Numbered from the stretch's first letter, positions 28,942-40,090 are shown. The stretch: DNA of 64,000 nucleotides from an uncultured Alphaproteobacteria bacterium (GCA_944390685.1 CALXQL010000006.1:24108-88107), one strand, 5' to 3'. Made by a program: numbers and translations. The notes: a model not told the origin generated them from the letters alone.

Positions 28942-29029
28942 TGGCGGAGGGTACAGGACTCGAACCTGTGGACCAGTATTACCGGTCACGGATTAGCAAT
29001 CCGCTGCATTACCGCTCTGCCAACCCTCC
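28942..29029 (-). tRNA. tRNA-Ser (anticodon GCT), long variable arm
   Basis: Minus-strand sequence GGAGGGTTGGCAGAGCGGTAATGCAGCGGATTGCTAATCCGTGACCGGTAATACTGGTCCACAGGTTCGAGTCCTGTACCCTCCGCCA. Anticodon loop TTGCTAA, extended variable arm, CCA encoded. Confidence 0.9.
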
Positions 29030-29084
29030 AATAATGGATATGTTATTTTATACTTTAATTATATTTTTTTTTCAATAAAAATCT

Positions 29085-30554
29085 TTATTTTATATCCAAT
29101 AAGTTTAATAAATTTGAAATTGGAACCAATAACATTTGTGGACGATAAGATATTTCATAATTCACTTCATATAAATTACGTCTTAATATTTCAAGATTAA
29201 ACCATTGTTTATCCAATTTTTGACATTTTAAAAATGTATTTTTTAATTCCATTATTATAGGATTTAACATCTTATAGCCCCATATAATTTTATCCTTATC
29301 AATTTCTCCATTTGTCAGTCTTGCAAATTTATTTATAACTGAGGCCTTTAAATATCCATCAATTGATCTATACATACTTGCAATATCATACATGTTTGGA
29401 TTCTTTGCCTTTCTTTTTATAAATGGGAGATTGGGTTCTCCTGAAAAATCAATGAATTTTATTTCATCATTATTGGTTAGGATTGCTTGACCAAGATGAA
29501 AATCACCATGGACCCGCATCAATGTCCCTTTGTTTTTGCGTCTTTCTATCTTTATGAAGTTTGAGGATATAAACTTATTTATATAATCATCCCAATTATT
29601 TAATAACTCCTTTGTTTTATCCTTTATGAATAAGGGAAGACTATCTATATTTTTTTTTATTGCAAGTTTTGTTTCTTGTAATCTTATTGTTAAATTATCC
29701 CTATATTCTTTTATATATTTTGATGTGATTGGTTCGGGAATTAAATCTTTATCATCGGTAAAAGAAGATAGCGACTTTAATAAAATTGATGTTTTCTTAC
29801 CTAAATCCTTTATGATTTTTTTTAGTGGTTTATAATCTTTATATTCTATTTTCTCATTGTTTAATTTATAATTAGAAGTTAATAAATCTCTTAATTTATT
29901 TGTAAAAATTTCCCATAAATCACCTTTATTGGATAAAAATTCTTGAACTATACCTACAAATGCAGTTTCACCATTTGATGATAGTAAAAATAAATGTCCA
30001 TAGGTTTTAGCCACAACCGGGCAATTAACTTTCATCAAATTATAGTTCATTTCCACTTCTGGATTTGTGAGAGTGGAAAATTCTATTATTCTTTGCTGTT
30101 TAAAAGCTATATCATTATTTCCTATTGATAATGTGGTATTGCTTTGTTCTGCACCAAGGGGGCGAGATGAATCATTTATATGATTTGTTATAAAATTAAA
30201 ATTATCCCATGATTGGTATATCAATTTATAATCTTTTGATATAGTAAAGGAATTTGATAATGATATTGTTTCCATCAATGATGACCAATATTTATTATTT
30301 TTCAAAGCATCATAGACCTTCATCCCCTTATAACTTAATGGAAGTTCATCTTTTAATGTTCCCTTAATTAAAGGCATTATAAAATATTTATCATCTTTTC
30401 CTTTTATCTCAGCTTTTGCCAAAATAAAATATATTTTTTTATCGTTAAAGGGTGCCATTTCCAAAGTGATATTTTTAACTTTATTAGATTTTATATCATC
30501 TTTAAAATTACACCATCTTTGGTTATAAATATATTCCAATAATTTCTTATTCAT
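29085..30554 (-). CDS. Maltokinase (Mak/Pep2)-like protein-kinase-fold phosphotransferase
   Basis: VHGDFHLGQAIL...IKFIDFSGEP...DIASMYRSIDGY matches the maltokinase HGDLHLGQ and DFEGEP signature and its APH-like fold. Adjacent to malQ. Confidence 0.55.
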   Translation of the reverse strand: MNKKLLEYIYNQRWCNFKDDIKSNKVKNITLEMAPFNDKKIYFILAKAEIKGKDDKYFIMPLIKGTLKDELPLSYKGMKVYDALKNNKYWSSLMETISLSNSFTISKDYKLIYQSWDNFNFITNHINDSSRPLGAEQSNTTLSIGNNDIAFKQQRIIEFSTLTNPEVEMNYNLMKVNCPVVAKTYGHLFLLSSNGETAFVGIVQEFLSNKGDLWEIFTNKLRDLLTSNYKLNNEKIEYKDYKPLKKIIKDLGKKTSILLKSLSSFTDDKDLIPEPITSKYIKEYRDNLTIRLQETKLAIKKNIDSLPLFIKDKTKELLNNWDDYINKFISSNFIKIERRKNKGTLMRVHGDFHLGQAILTNNDEIKFIDFSGEPNLPFIKRKAKNPNMYDIASMYRSIDGYLKASVINKFARLTNGEIDKDKIIWGYKMLNPIIMELKNTFLKCQKLDKQWFNLEILRRNLYEVNYEISYRPQMLLVPISNLLNLLDIK

Positions 30555-30637
30555 TTTAAATTTTTCTTTAATACTTTTTCTTATTATTGTATAATAATAC
30601 CATATTTTATGATTTATGTAAAATTAAAAGAGGGGTT

Positions 30638-32773
30638 ATGAATAATATCATAAAATTATGTGAAATACTGGGGCTTTCTTCTTCATTCATTGATAAAATG
30701 GGGGATCTACATAATACCTCTTTTAATGTTAGAAAAAAATTCTTACAATCAATTGGTATAAATGATTTTTCCAGTAAAAATATTAACTCTTTAATACATA
30801 AGTTGGAACATCAAATATTTGTTAATAAATGTAAAAATGTAGTATCTTTTTTTAAAAGCGATATAAAGGAATTTGATATTTATATACCTTTTGATTATAT
30901 GGAAAATACTCTTAATTATACTTGTTTTAAAGATGGATTAAAGTTATTTTCACATAAAATTTTTATAAAAAAAGATATGCAAACTGAATATATTATCGTT
31001 GATAATATTAAAATCGCTCATATAAAAATTATTTTAAAAATGCCAAAGGAGTTTGGTTATTATGATTTATCTTTTTCAATTAAAGATTTAGTGTTTTCAT
31101 CGTTTATTATTTATTCTCCCGATACAGCATATCTTCCCGATTGTATAGAAAAAAAGAAGGAAAAACTCCTTGGAATTGCAATACAACTTTATGCTATATC
31201 TTCATCAAATAATATGGGCGTAGGGGATTTTTCCGATCTTAAAAATATTATGAAATTGGCAAGCGAAAATAATATTGATTTTGTAGGGATAAATCCCTTG
31301 GGAGTTATGTATTATCAAAGTAAAGATGATGTTTCTCCTTATAGAGTGTTTAGTCGTGAATTTATCAATTATCTTTATATTGATTTAAAAAAAGTTTATG
31401 AATTCAAATTTATAAATATCCCTATTAGTATTCAAAAAAAAATAAATACTTTGAAAATTTGTGATAAGGTTGATTATTTCAATATATTAACTATTAAATT
31501 ATCATTACTTTTCAAAATGTATAATGTCTTTATTAAAAATAAAAATTCAAATAGATTTATTAAATTTCAAAACTTTAAAAAGGATAAAGGTGAAAATCTT
31601 TATAATCTTTGTTTATTTGAAACTTTGATTGAAAAAAATAATCCCGATTGGCAAAAATGGCAAAAGGATTTTAAAAACCTAAAATCAAAAAAAATACTTA
31701 ATTTTGCAAATGAAAATAAAAAACGTATTGATTTTTATGCCTATTGTCATTGGATTGCTGAAACTCAACTTAAAAATGTTTATGATTTTGCAAAAAAATT
31801 AAATATGAAAGTAGGCCTTTATCTTGATATGCCAGTAGGGGCTGCATCAAATGGGGTAGAAGTATGGCAAAATCAAGAATTATTTGCTAAAAATATGGAT
31901 ATTGGGACTCCTCCTGATACTATAAGACCAAAAGGGCAAACTTGGGGATTGGTACCTATGATTCCATATAAACTCATTGAAAATAAGTATAAGTTTATTA
32001 TCAATCTTTTTAGAAAAAATATGCTTTATGCCGGTGCTATTAGAATAGATCATGCCTTAGGTTTAATGCGATTATTTTGGGTAAATGATGATAATAAAGG
32101 TGCCTATGTTTATTATGATTTCAAAACTATGATTGCAATTTTATCAATAGAATCTCATCTTAATAAATGTTTAATCATTGGTGAAGATTTAGGTAATGTC
32201 CCAGATGGTTTTAGAGAAATATTAGCTAGTCATCATATTCTTTCCAATAAAATATTATTTAGGCAAAAAGATCATGATGGGGAATTTTTATCTACTAAAA
32301 AATATCCTTATCTTTCTTTATCCCAAGTGAGTACTCATGATCAAGCTACATCTTGTGGATTTTGGGTGGGAGAAGATATTCATACAAACTTTAAATGTAA
32401 ATTATTTCCTAAAATCTCTCAATATAACGATAATTTAAAGTTAAGGCAAAATGAAAGAATTGCTTTTTATAAAGCTCTTAATAAATCAAATTGTTTTTAT
32501 AATAATAAACAACATATAATGAAATTTATTGATGGAGCAGTTCCTCCTTATAATATTGAATATTCCTTTAATATGTATGGGGCAAAAACCAATAGTGCAT
32601 TATTTATTATTAGAATTGAAGATATGGTAAGACAAATAGCCATGGAAAATGTGCCGGGAACAATTTATCAATATCCAAATTGGAAAATAAAACTTCCACG
32701 GGATATTAAACTCATTTTAAAGAAAAACTCCCATTTCATTCGTAAAATATTATATTATAGAAATATGAAATAA
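30638..32773 (+). CDS. malQ: 4-alpha-glucanotransferase (amylomaltase)
   Basis: GH77 motifs GIAIQLYAISS, RIDHALGLMRLFWV and GEDLGNVPDGF. Start moved to the Met at 30638, which has an aagagggg RBS. Confidence 0.8.
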   Translation: MNNIIKLCEILGLSSSFIDKMGDLHNTSFNVRKKFLQSIGINDFSSKNINSLIHKLEHQIFVNKCKNVVSFFKSDIKEFDIYIPFDYMENTLNYTCFKDGLKLFSHKIFIKKDMQTEYIIVDNIKIAHIKIILKMPKEFGYYDLSFSIKDLVFSSFIIYSPDTAYLPDCIEKKKEKLLGIAIQLYAISSSNNMGVGDFSDLKNIMKLASENNIDFVGINPLGVMYYQSKDDVSPYRVFSREFINYLYIDLKKVYEFKFINIPISIQKKINTLKICDKVDYFNILTIKLSLLFKMYNVFIKNKNSNRFIKFQNFKKDKGENLYNLCLFETLIEKNNPDWQKWQKDFKNLKSKKILNFANENKKRIDFYAYCHWIAETQLKNVYDFAKKLNMKVGLYLDMPVGAASNGVEVWQNQELFAKNMDIGTPPDTIRPKGQTWGLVPMIPYKLIENKYKFIINLFRKNMLYAGAIRIDHALGLMRLFWVNDDNKGAYVYYDFKTMIAILSIESHLNKCLIIGEDLGNVPDGFREILASHHILSNKILFRQKDHDGEFLSTKKYPYLSLSQVSTHDQATSCGFWVGEDIHTNFKCKLFPKISQYNDNLKLRQNERIAFYKALNKSNCFYNNKQHIMKFIDGAVPPYNIEYSFNMYGAKTNSALFIIRIEDMVRQIAMENVPGTIYQYPNWKIKLPRDIKLILKKNSHFIRKILYYRNMK

Positions 32774-32774
32774 T

Positions 32775-34580
32775 TTATTGTTCTTGCTTATTTTTAAATT
32801 GCATATTATATAGTTTTGCATATTCTCCATTTTTAGCAAGAAGATCCGTGTGATTGCCGGATTCTATCACTTCACCTTTTTCTATAACATATATCATATC
32901 AGCATTCTTTATGGTGGATAATCTATGTGCTATTACTATTGTTGTGCGATTTTTCATAAGATTATCAAGTGCCATTTGAACTTCAAATTCAGATTCTGTA
33001 TCAAGAGCTGAGGTAGCCTCATCCAATAAAAGAATCGGTGCATTTTTTATTATTGCCCTTGCTATAGAAAGACGTTGTTTTTGTCCCCCTGATAATCTTA
33101 CTCCCTTTTCACCGATTTTAGTATTATAACCATCGCTCATAGCCATTATGAAATCATACGCATTTGCACTTTTAGATGCGGCTATTATTTCACTATCCGA
33201 TACACTGGCATATTCCTTTTCCCCTTTACCATAGGCTATATTATTCCTTATTGTATCATCAAAAAGTATAACATCTTGGCTTACAAGTGATGTATTTTTT
33301 CTAAGTGAATCTTGCGTATATTTATTTATATTTATGCCATCAATTAAAATTTCACCTTTTGTTGGTTCAAAAAATCTTGGGATTAAATTCACTATTGTCG
33401 TTTTTCCACCACCACTTGCCCCAACAAGTGCAATAGTTTTTCCATGAGGAATCTTTATATTTAAATCTTTTATTATTGGTTTTCCAGCATCATATTCAAA
33501 TGATACATTCTTAAACTCTATATCTCCTTTTACATCCTTTAATTCAATTGCATCATCGGCATCTTTTATTTGTGGTTTTGTATCAATTATTTCATAAACT
33601 CTTTCCGCACTTACTATTGCTGTTTGAAGTTGAACACGGAAATTCAATAATGATTTTAATGGTTTATATACGGATACCCAAGCCCCTAAAAATGTAACGA
33701 ATCCTCCAGTAGTTAAATAACCTTTTGATATTTGCCAACCACCAAATATTATTATACCCGCCAAAATAAAACCTGAAAGACTTTCAATTACAGGGGTAGA
33801 CATATTTGTTGTTTTAATTGTTTTCATTTGAAGATTAAACATTGTGTTTAATATATCTTTAATTCTTTTACTTTCAAATTTTTCCATACAATAAGATTTT
33901 ATTATTTTTACATTTTGTAATGATTCTGATAATTGACTTATGAAATCGGCACTTTGTTGGGTGCTTCTTGTCATAACTTCTTTTGCCTTTTTAATGATTA
34001 TTGACATTGCTAAGGCTCCAATTGGGAAAAATACAAAAATTACAAGTGTCATTTGCCAAGAATAATAAATCATTAAAGCAAACATTGATACACAAGTAAT
34101 TAAATCTTTAAATATTATTGTTATGAAATTGATTGCTATATTTGTTATAGCATTACAATCATTTATAACCCTTGATAACATTTGACCACTTGATGTTTTA
34201 TTAAAAAATGAAATATCAAGTGATAAAAGATGGGTAAAAACTTTTTGTTGTATGGCTTGCACAGTTTTTGTACTTATATGTGAAAGTATTAAAGTTTGTG
34301 CAAAATAAAACCAACCCTTTATAAAATATAATCCTAAAATTTGTGCACATAAGAAAAATAATACCTTACCATCTTGGGAAATAAATCCTTTATCAAAAAT
34401 TGGACGTAGCAAAGATACAGAGTATGCTTCAACTCCTGCGGTAATTGATGTTAAAGCCAATGCACCAATCAATGCCCATATATATTTCCTTGTATGTTCA
34501 TGCCAAATTCTTTTTAATATCTTTACATTTAGTTTAGCATTATTATTCTTTTTCTTGTCTTTTCTTTTGAATATTTTCAT
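32775..34580 (-). CDS. msbA: ABC transporter ATP-binding/permease protein, MsbA-like lipid exporter
   Basis: 601 aa. Six N-terminal TM helices plus an NBD with GASGGGKTT (Walker A), LSGGQKQRLSIARA (signature) and ILLLDEATSALD (Walker B). Overlaps the ftsH 3' end by 38 nt. Confidence 0.75.
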   Translation of the reverse strand: MKIFKRKDKKKNNNAKLNVKILKRIWHEHTRKYIWALIGALALTSITAGVEAYSVSLLRPIFDKGFISQDGKVLFFLCAQILGLYFIKGWFYFAQTLILSHISTKTVQAIQQKVFTHLLSLDISFFNKTSSGQMLSRVINDCNAITNIAINFITIIFKDLITCVSMFALMIYYSWQMTLVIFVFFPIGALAMSIIIKKAKEVMTRSTQQSADFISQLSESLQNVKIIKSYCMEKFESKRIKDILNTMFNLQMKTIKTTNMSTPVIESLSGFILAGIIIFGGWQISKGYLTTGGFVTFLGAWVSVYKPLKSLLNFRVQLQTAIVSAERVYEIIDTKPQIKDADDAIELKDVKGDIEFKNVSFEYDAGKPIIKDLNIKIPHGKTIALVGASGGGKTTIVNLIPRFFEPTKGEILIDGININKYTQDSLRKNTSLVSQDVILFDDTIRNNIAYGKGEKEYASVSDSEIIAASKSANAYDFIMAMSDGYNTKIGEKGVRLSGGQKQRLSIARAIIKNAPILLLDEATSALDTESEFEVQMALDNLMKNRTTIVIAHRLSTIKNADMIYVIEKGEVIESGNHTDLLAKNGEYAKLYNMQFKNKQEQ

Positions 34581-36486
34581 TTGTTTTCTTTTCTTCGTTT
34601 TTTGTTGTTTTTGTTAATGGTAGGGTAAATTTTCTTTCTATCCTATTTTTAGCAACATCCATCTTTTTAGTCAACTTTATTTTTTCACCTTTTACTATTG
34701 CTCTTACCTCATCTCCTGTTAAGGTTTCATATTCAAGCAATGCTTGTGCTAATTTTTCAAGTGTCGCTTTATGTTTTGTAATAGTAGACTTGGCTAATTT
34801 ATAACCATTATCTATCATCTTTTTGACTTCTTCATCAATTTCCCTTGCTGTTGCTTCGGATATTGGATATTTATCACGTTCACCATAGTATATGGTTCCT
34901 ATTTTATCAGATAAGCCCCAGAAATTTACAGAATTTCTTGCATATTTTGTAGCCGCTTGGATATCAGAGGAGGCTCCTGTTGTAATTTTATCTTTACCAA
35001 AAAATAATTCCTCTGTTATACGACCTGCTAATGCAACAGCTATATTTGATCTTATTTCGGTTATATTTACACTTACCTTATCCCTTTCTGGTAATTGTTG
35101 AACCAATCCAAGAGCTTGCCCCCTTGGAATAATAGTAGCTTTATGTATTGGATCTACACCAGGTAATAATACAGAACAAAGGGCATGCCCAGCCTCATGA
35201 TAAGCAGTATTTTTTATTTCATCAGGGGACATAGTCTTTGTTTTATGTTCCAATCCCATTAAGATTTTATCCCTTGCGTATTCTATATCCTCTTGTGTAA
35301 TTTTTTTTCTATTTTGACGGGCAGCAATTATTGCAGATTCATTTACAAGATTTGATAATTCTGCCCCACTAAAGCCTGGAGTGCCTCGTGCAATGGCATT
35401 TATATCTATATTAGATAATATATTAACTTCACTTATATATTTTCTTAAAATTGCCTCCCTACCCTTTAAATCAGGCAAATCTATATAAACTTGTCTATCA
35501 AATCTACCTGGACGAAGAAGAGCATCATCTAAAACATCAACTCTATTAGTTGCGGCAATTACTATTATACCATTGTTTGTTTCAAATCCATCCATTTCAA
35601 CAAGTAATTGATTAAGTGTTTGCTCTCTTTCATCATTACCACCACCATAACCAGAACCTCTGTGTCTTCCTACCGCATCAATTTCATCAATGAAAACTAA
35701 ACAAGGTGCAGACTTTTTTGCTTGTTCAAAAAGAGTTCTAACTCTACTGGCTCCAACACCTACAAACATTTCTACAAATTCTGAACCAGAGGTAGAGAAA
35801 AATGGAACTCCTGCTTCTCCTGCAATTGCCTTGGCAAGTAATGTTTTTCCAGTTCCAGGGGCTCCTATTAACAATACTCCTTTTGGAATTTTGGCTCCTA
35901 ATCTTGAATATTTATGTGGATCAGAAAGGAAATCTACTATCTCACTTACTTCTTGTTTTGCTTCATCTACACCTAAAACATCTGTAAATCTAACACGTTG
36001 CATATTAGGTGTGAACATTTTTATATTACTTTTACCTATACCAAATTTATCTCCTTTCATACTTTTGAAGATAAGTATCAATATAAATACCCATAAAAGA
36101 GATGAGAAAATATCAATAAGCCCCATAAAACTTAATTTTGATTGAGGTTCTTCTACCACTTCCATTGGAACTTTATTTTCTTCTAACAATTCAAAAAGAC
36201 GAGGATAGAAAATAACCTTTGTTTTAAATTCATTTTCATTATTTTCATTATCTTTGATTGATATTTTTTCATCAGTTTTTTTTGATGTGGTAGACTTTAA
36301 CGTTCCTTCTATACTATCGTTTTTGATTTTGACAGATTCTATTTGTTTAGTTTTTACCTTTTCAATAAAGTCAGAAAATTTGATTTCATTGATATTTTTT
36401 TGATTTTTTGATGTATCATTTGTTATAATATTAAAAAATATAACTATCAATCCCAATATATATACATATTTAAAATATTTACGCAT
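34543..36486 (-). CDS. ftsH: ATP-dependent zinc metalloprotease FtsH
   Basis: 647 aa with GAPGTGKT, the AAA SRH (ATNRVDVLD), and HEAGHA zinc site. Confidence 0.9.
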   Translation of the reverse strand: MRKYFKYVYILGLIVIFFNIITNDTSKNQKNINEIKFSDFIEKVKTKQIESVKIKNDSIEGTLKSTTSKKTDEKISIKDNENNENEFKTKVIFYPRLFELLEENKVPMEVVEEPQSKLSFMGLIDIFSSLLWVFILILIFKSMKGDKFGIGKSNIKMFTPNMQRVRFTDVLGVDEAKQEVSEIVDFLSDPHKYSRLGAKIPKGVLLIGAPGTGKTLLAKAIAGEAGVPFFSTSGSEFVEMFVGVGASRVRTLFEQAKKSAPCLVFIDEIDAVGRHRGSGYGGGNDEREQTLNQLLVEMDGFETNNGIIVIAATNRVDVLDDALLRPGRFDRQVYIDLPDLKGREAILRKYISEVNILSNIDINAIARGTPGFSGAELSNLVNESAIIAARQNRKKITQEDIEYARDKILMGLEHKTKTMSPDEIKNTAYHEAGHALCSVLLPGVDPIHKATIIPRGQALGLVQQLPERDKVSVNITEIRSNIAVALAGRITEELFFGKDKITTGASSDIQAATKYARNSVNFWGLSDKIGTIYYGERDKYPISEATAREIDEEVKKMIDNGYKLAKSTITKHKATLEKLAQALLEYETLTGDEVRAIVKGEKIKLTKKMDVAKNRIERKFTLPLTKTTKNEEKKTNENIQKKRQEKE

Positions 36487-37488
36487 TTATTTTTCCTTAA
36501 CTTTATTTGAATGTTGTTTTCTGGTCATTTCTTTTTCTATGATAATTTTATTATCTTTATTATAAATTTTATTATTGAAAAGGGTTATACCTTTTTTTAA
36601 ATCGTTATGTATTATTTTATAATAAATATTTTCCAAATTTTCAAGACGAGGTGGATAGATTTTTTTTGAAAAATCCTTTAATATTTTTGATAAAGCGCGA
36701 ATCACTATTTCCTTTGGATAATTAAGGATATCTTCTATATTTATTAAAACTTTATCATTAATTATGACATTTTGTTTTATAAATTCATTCACATAAAATT
36801 CAATTGTATCCCTGGTGCGTTGCATATTATCTATGATTTTTGAAATTCTTTCATTTGATAATTCAAGTGTATTTAATAATTTTTTTATTTTACGAATGCG
36901 AACGCGTTTATATTTTGTATCCTTATTACTTGGATCTTCAACCCATTTTTGTTTTTCATCTTTTAGATATGATTTTATTTCTTCTTTTGAAAAAAGTAGC
37001 ATAGGTCTTATAATTTTAATATCATTTTTATTTTGAATATCTGGCATACAAGAAAGTCCATACACACCACTTCCTCTTGATAAATTTAGAAAAAAAGTTT
37101 CCGTTTGCTCATCTGCATTATGTGCAATAAGCAAATATTCTATATCGTGTTTTTTGCAATAATCAAACAACATATCATAACGATATTGACGGGCGACTGC
37201 TTCTATATTTGAAGTTGGAATAATTCCTTTATAGGTTAAAATAGTATGATTGATTTTTCTTTTTTGCATCCAAGATGCTACTTTCAAAGCTTCCTTTGCT
37301 GAATTTTTTCTTAAATTATGATCTATGGTAATTGCAATTAAATCTATATTCTTTTTTTTAGCCCAATTGTTTGATAAAAGCGTCAATGCCATACTATCGC
37401 TTCCTCCCGAAAGGGCAATAGCTATTCTTTTTACATTAGATGCTAATAATCTATCTATATTTTTATTAAAAAGTTCCTGTGTTATCAT
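36487..37488 (-). CDS. tilS: tRNA(Ile)-lysidine synthase
   Basis: IAIALSGGSDSMAL (PP-loop SGGxDS). Conserved tilS-ftsH adjacency. Confidence 0.8.
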   Translation of the reverse strand: MITQELFNKNIDRLLASNVKRIAIALSGGSDSMALTLLSNNWAKKKNIDLIAITIDHNLRKNSAKEALKVASWMQKRKINHTILTYKGIIPTSNIEAVARQYRYDMLFDYCKKHDIEYLLIAHNADEQTETFFLNLSRGSGVYGLSCMPDIQNKNDIKIIRPMLLFSKEEIKSYLKDEKQKWVEDPSNKDTKYKRVRIRKIKKLLNTLELSNERISKIIDNMQRTRDTIEFYVNEFIKQNVIINDKVLINIEDILNYPKEIVIRALSKILKDFSKKIYPPRLENLENIYYKIIHNDLKKGITLFNNKIYNKDNKIIIEKEMTRKQHSNKVKEK

Positions 37489-37497
37489 ATTGTCATA

Positions 37498-38022
37498 CTA
37501 TTTTGCTGGAGATACCAACATTATCATTTGACGTCCTTCCATCAATGGTTCCTTATCAACCTTGATGATATCACCTAACTCTTCTTTAACTCTATTTAAT
37601 AATTGCAATCCAGAATCTTGATTTGTTATTTCACGTCCCTTAAAACGAACGGTGAATTTAACTTTATCACCATCCTCAATAAAACGTTTTGCGGATTTCA
37701 TTTTAACTTGGAAATCATGTGTATCAATATTAGGGCGAATCTTTAATTCTTTTGTTTCAACAATCTTTTGATTGGATTTCGCTTCTTTTAATTTTTTTTG
37801 TTCCTCATATTTCCATTTACCATAATCCATAATTTTACATACAGGAGGATTGGATTGTGGTGCAATTTCCAATAAATCAAGTCCGGATTCACGTGCCATA
37901 TTTAATGCAGTTGAAATAGATACAACACCAACATTTTCACCATTTGCATCAATTAATCTTACTTCTCTTGAACGAATTTTTTCATTTACATTTAATGAAA
38001 CTAAATTTTCTTTGTTTGCCAA
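37498..38022 (-). CDS. infC: Translation initiation factor IF-3
   Basis: 174 aa with EVRLIDANGENVGV and the IF3 C-terminal domain. Confidence 0.9.
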   Translation of the reverse strand: MANKENLVSLNVNEKIRSREVRLIDANGENVGVVSISTALNMARESGLDLLEIAPQSNPPVCKIMDYGKWKYEEQKKLKEAKSNQKIVETKELKIRPNIDTHDFQVKMKSAKRFIEDGDKVKFTVRFKGREITNQDSGLQLLNRVKEELGDIIKVDKEPLMEGRQMIMLVSPAK

Positions 38023-38044
38023 AAATCACTCCTTTATTTTATTA

Positions 38045-38118
38045 TGGAGGTCGGTACCGGAATTGAACCAGTGTACAAGGATTTGCAGTCCTCTGCATAG
38101 CCACTCTGCCAACCGACC
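38045..38118 (-). tRNA. tRNA-Cys (anticodon GCA)
   Basis: Minus-strand sequence GGTCGGTTGGCAGAGTGGCTATGCAGAGGACTGCAAATCCTTGTACACTGGTTCAATTCCGGTACCGACCTCCA. Anticodon loop CTGCAAA, CCA encoded. Confidence 0.9.
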
Positions 38119-38225
38119 AATGCAAACTATTATAAACATTTATTTTTGAATTGCAATATATTTATAGTTGAATCTATCTTATTTTTAAGATATAGTATTT
38201 TTTGAATAATTGAAAGGGAGAAATT

Positions 38226-38831
38226 ATGGCTTTGTTTAAAAAAAATAAAAAAATTTCTGTTAGTGTTTTTTGTGGATCCAGAAATGGAAAAAGTAAGGAA
38301 TATTTAAATCTTGCAAAACATACTGGTGAACTTCTTGCTAAAAATAATATGCGTTTGGTTTATGGTGCAGGTGGTAAAGGTTTAATGGGGGCCGTTGCAA
38401 ATGGAGTGATTGAAAATAATGGTGAAATTTATGGTGTGACAACAGAAGTTATTGCCGCATTTGAACAGCCAATTGCCGGAACAAAAACAAAAATCGTTAA
38501 AACTTTACAAGATAGAAAGGAACTTTTTATTAAAAATTCTAATGCCTTTATAATACTTCCTGGTGGATTTGGAACTTTTGATGAATTGTTTGATTTATTA
38601 GTAGGAAAAGAAATTTATGATAAACATAAAGAAGTAGTGCCAGGTAGCCGTCTTTCGGAAACAAGACCTATCATACTCATAAATAAAAATAAATTTTTTA
38701 CTCCTTTTGTTAATCTTGTTGATTCAATAATTAAAGAAGGTTTTATGCATCAACAAAATAAAAAAATGTATAAATTAGTTGATACACCTGAAGAGGCTAT
38801 CAAAATTATTAAAAATTATATGAAAAAATAA
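38226..38831 (+). CDS. LOG-family cytokinin riboside 5'-monophosphate phosphoribohydrolase-like protein
   Basis: VYGAGGKGLMGAV and LPGGFGTFDELFD match the PGGxGTxxE LOG motif. Confidence 0.8.
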   Translation: MALFKKNKKISVSVFCGSRNGKSKEYLNLAKHTGELLAKNNMRLVYGAGGKGLMGAVANGVIENNGEIYGVTTEVIAAFEQPIAGTKTKIVKTLQDRKELFIKNSNAFIILPGGFGTFDELFDLLVGKEIYDKHKEVVPGSRLSETRPIILINKNKFFTPFVNLVDSIIKEGFMHQQNKKMYKLVDTPEEAIKIIKNYMKK

Positions 38832-38926
38832 TAATAAATTATTGATTTTTATTATTACCTATTATATCATTTAATAAGTCTGTAATAAAAAAACAGCGGT
38901 TAACTTAATAAATTAGGGGTTATCAA

Positions 38927-40090
38927 ATGAAAATAAAAAACTTAATTGCTTTATTATCTGTAATAGTATTGGGGGCTTGTTCTTCTTCAAATACCCTTTT
39001 AGGTGATGAAGGTAAGGCACAAACTGCTCAACCTAAACAATCTTCTGGTTTTGATGGAAATTTCGTGAAAAATAAAATCTCAAATTTCAAATCTGAACAA
39101 GAACAAATGAAACAAATGATTGATTCTAGAAAAGTGGCTCTTCAACAAATGAGAAATGACACAAATAATGCCGTTTCTGATTATAGAACTACTCTCGCTC
39201 AAATCAATTCTAAATTACAACTTGGAACAACTCCTGGAAATCCAGAATTGATGGATCAATGGAAAGATGCAAGAGCAAAACTTGAAAAAGTAAATGACAT
39301 TGCTTTTGATATTAAACGTCTTGTCGCAGATGTAGAATCTGATCAATCCATGGTTGATTATATGGTTGGTTCAATCCAAGCTTCTTATAAAATTCGTGGT
39401 GCAACAGAAGATGATCACAAACAATTAAAAGCTTTGGAAGAACAAGCTAAACAAATTGGTTCAAGTATTTCTGTATTTGCTCGTCAATTAAATCAAGAAT
39501 CTGAAAGACAACAAGCTTATGTTGATAGAGAAAAATTTAACTTGAATGATGTTGCTCTTAATATTAAAAATGGAAAACTTTATGGTTTTGGTGGTTCTTC
39601 TGATTATTTTGCAGATGGCGGTTCAATGTTTTCAAGTGATGAATCTTTTGAAGCTTTCATTGAAGAAACAAACCAAGATTATGGCAATATGCAAAGAAGA
39701 TCTTCTTCCCGCATGAATAATCGTAGAGGAAATTTAGTTGAAGATAATTCTCTTCGTGCAATGTCATCTAAATCAACTCCTGTTCAAAGATTTGATGCAA
39801 ATGTTGTAAAGTCTAATAGACCTTTAATTGTAATCAAATTTGATTCTGCTTCTGTTGATTTTGAAGAACCTCTTTATCAATCTTTAAGTCGTGCATTAGA
39901 AAGAAATCCTTCCGCAACATTTGAAATTGCTGGTGTTGCTCCTCAAGGAAAATCAAATGCATCTATTAAAACAAATGTTAAAAATGTTATGAATTCATTA
40001 ACTGAAATGGGTCTTCCTGCATCAAGAGTTGCTTTGACCATGCAAACTGATGATGTAATGTTTGATGAAGTTCGTGTTTATGAAAAATAA
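38927..40090 (+). CDS. Lipoprotein with a C-terminal OmpA-like domain (possible Pal-like peptidoglycan-associated protein)
   Basis: Lipobox LGAC, coiled-coil middle, and C-terminal FEIAGVAPQGKSNASIKTNVKNVMNSLTEMGLPASRV, which resembles the OmpA_C pattern. Confidence 0.45.
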   Translation: MKIKNLIALLSVIVLGACSSSNTLLGDEGKAQTAQPKQSSGFDGNFVKNKISNFKSEQEQMKQMIDSRKVALQQMRNDTNNAVSDYRTTLAQINSKLQLGTTPGNPELMDQWKDARAKLEKVNDIAFDIKRLVADVESDQSMVDYMVGSIQASYKIRGATEDDHKQLKALEEQAKQIGSSISVFARQLNQESERQQAYVDREKFNLNDVALNIKNGKLYGFGGSSDYFADGGSMFSSDESFEAFIEETNQDYGNMQRRSSSRMNNRRGNLVEDNSLRAMSSKSTPVQRFDANVVKSNRPLIVIKFDSASVDFEEPLYQSLSRALERNPSATFEIAGVAPQGKSNASIKTNVKNVMNSLTEMGLPASRVALTMQTDDVMFDEVRVYEK

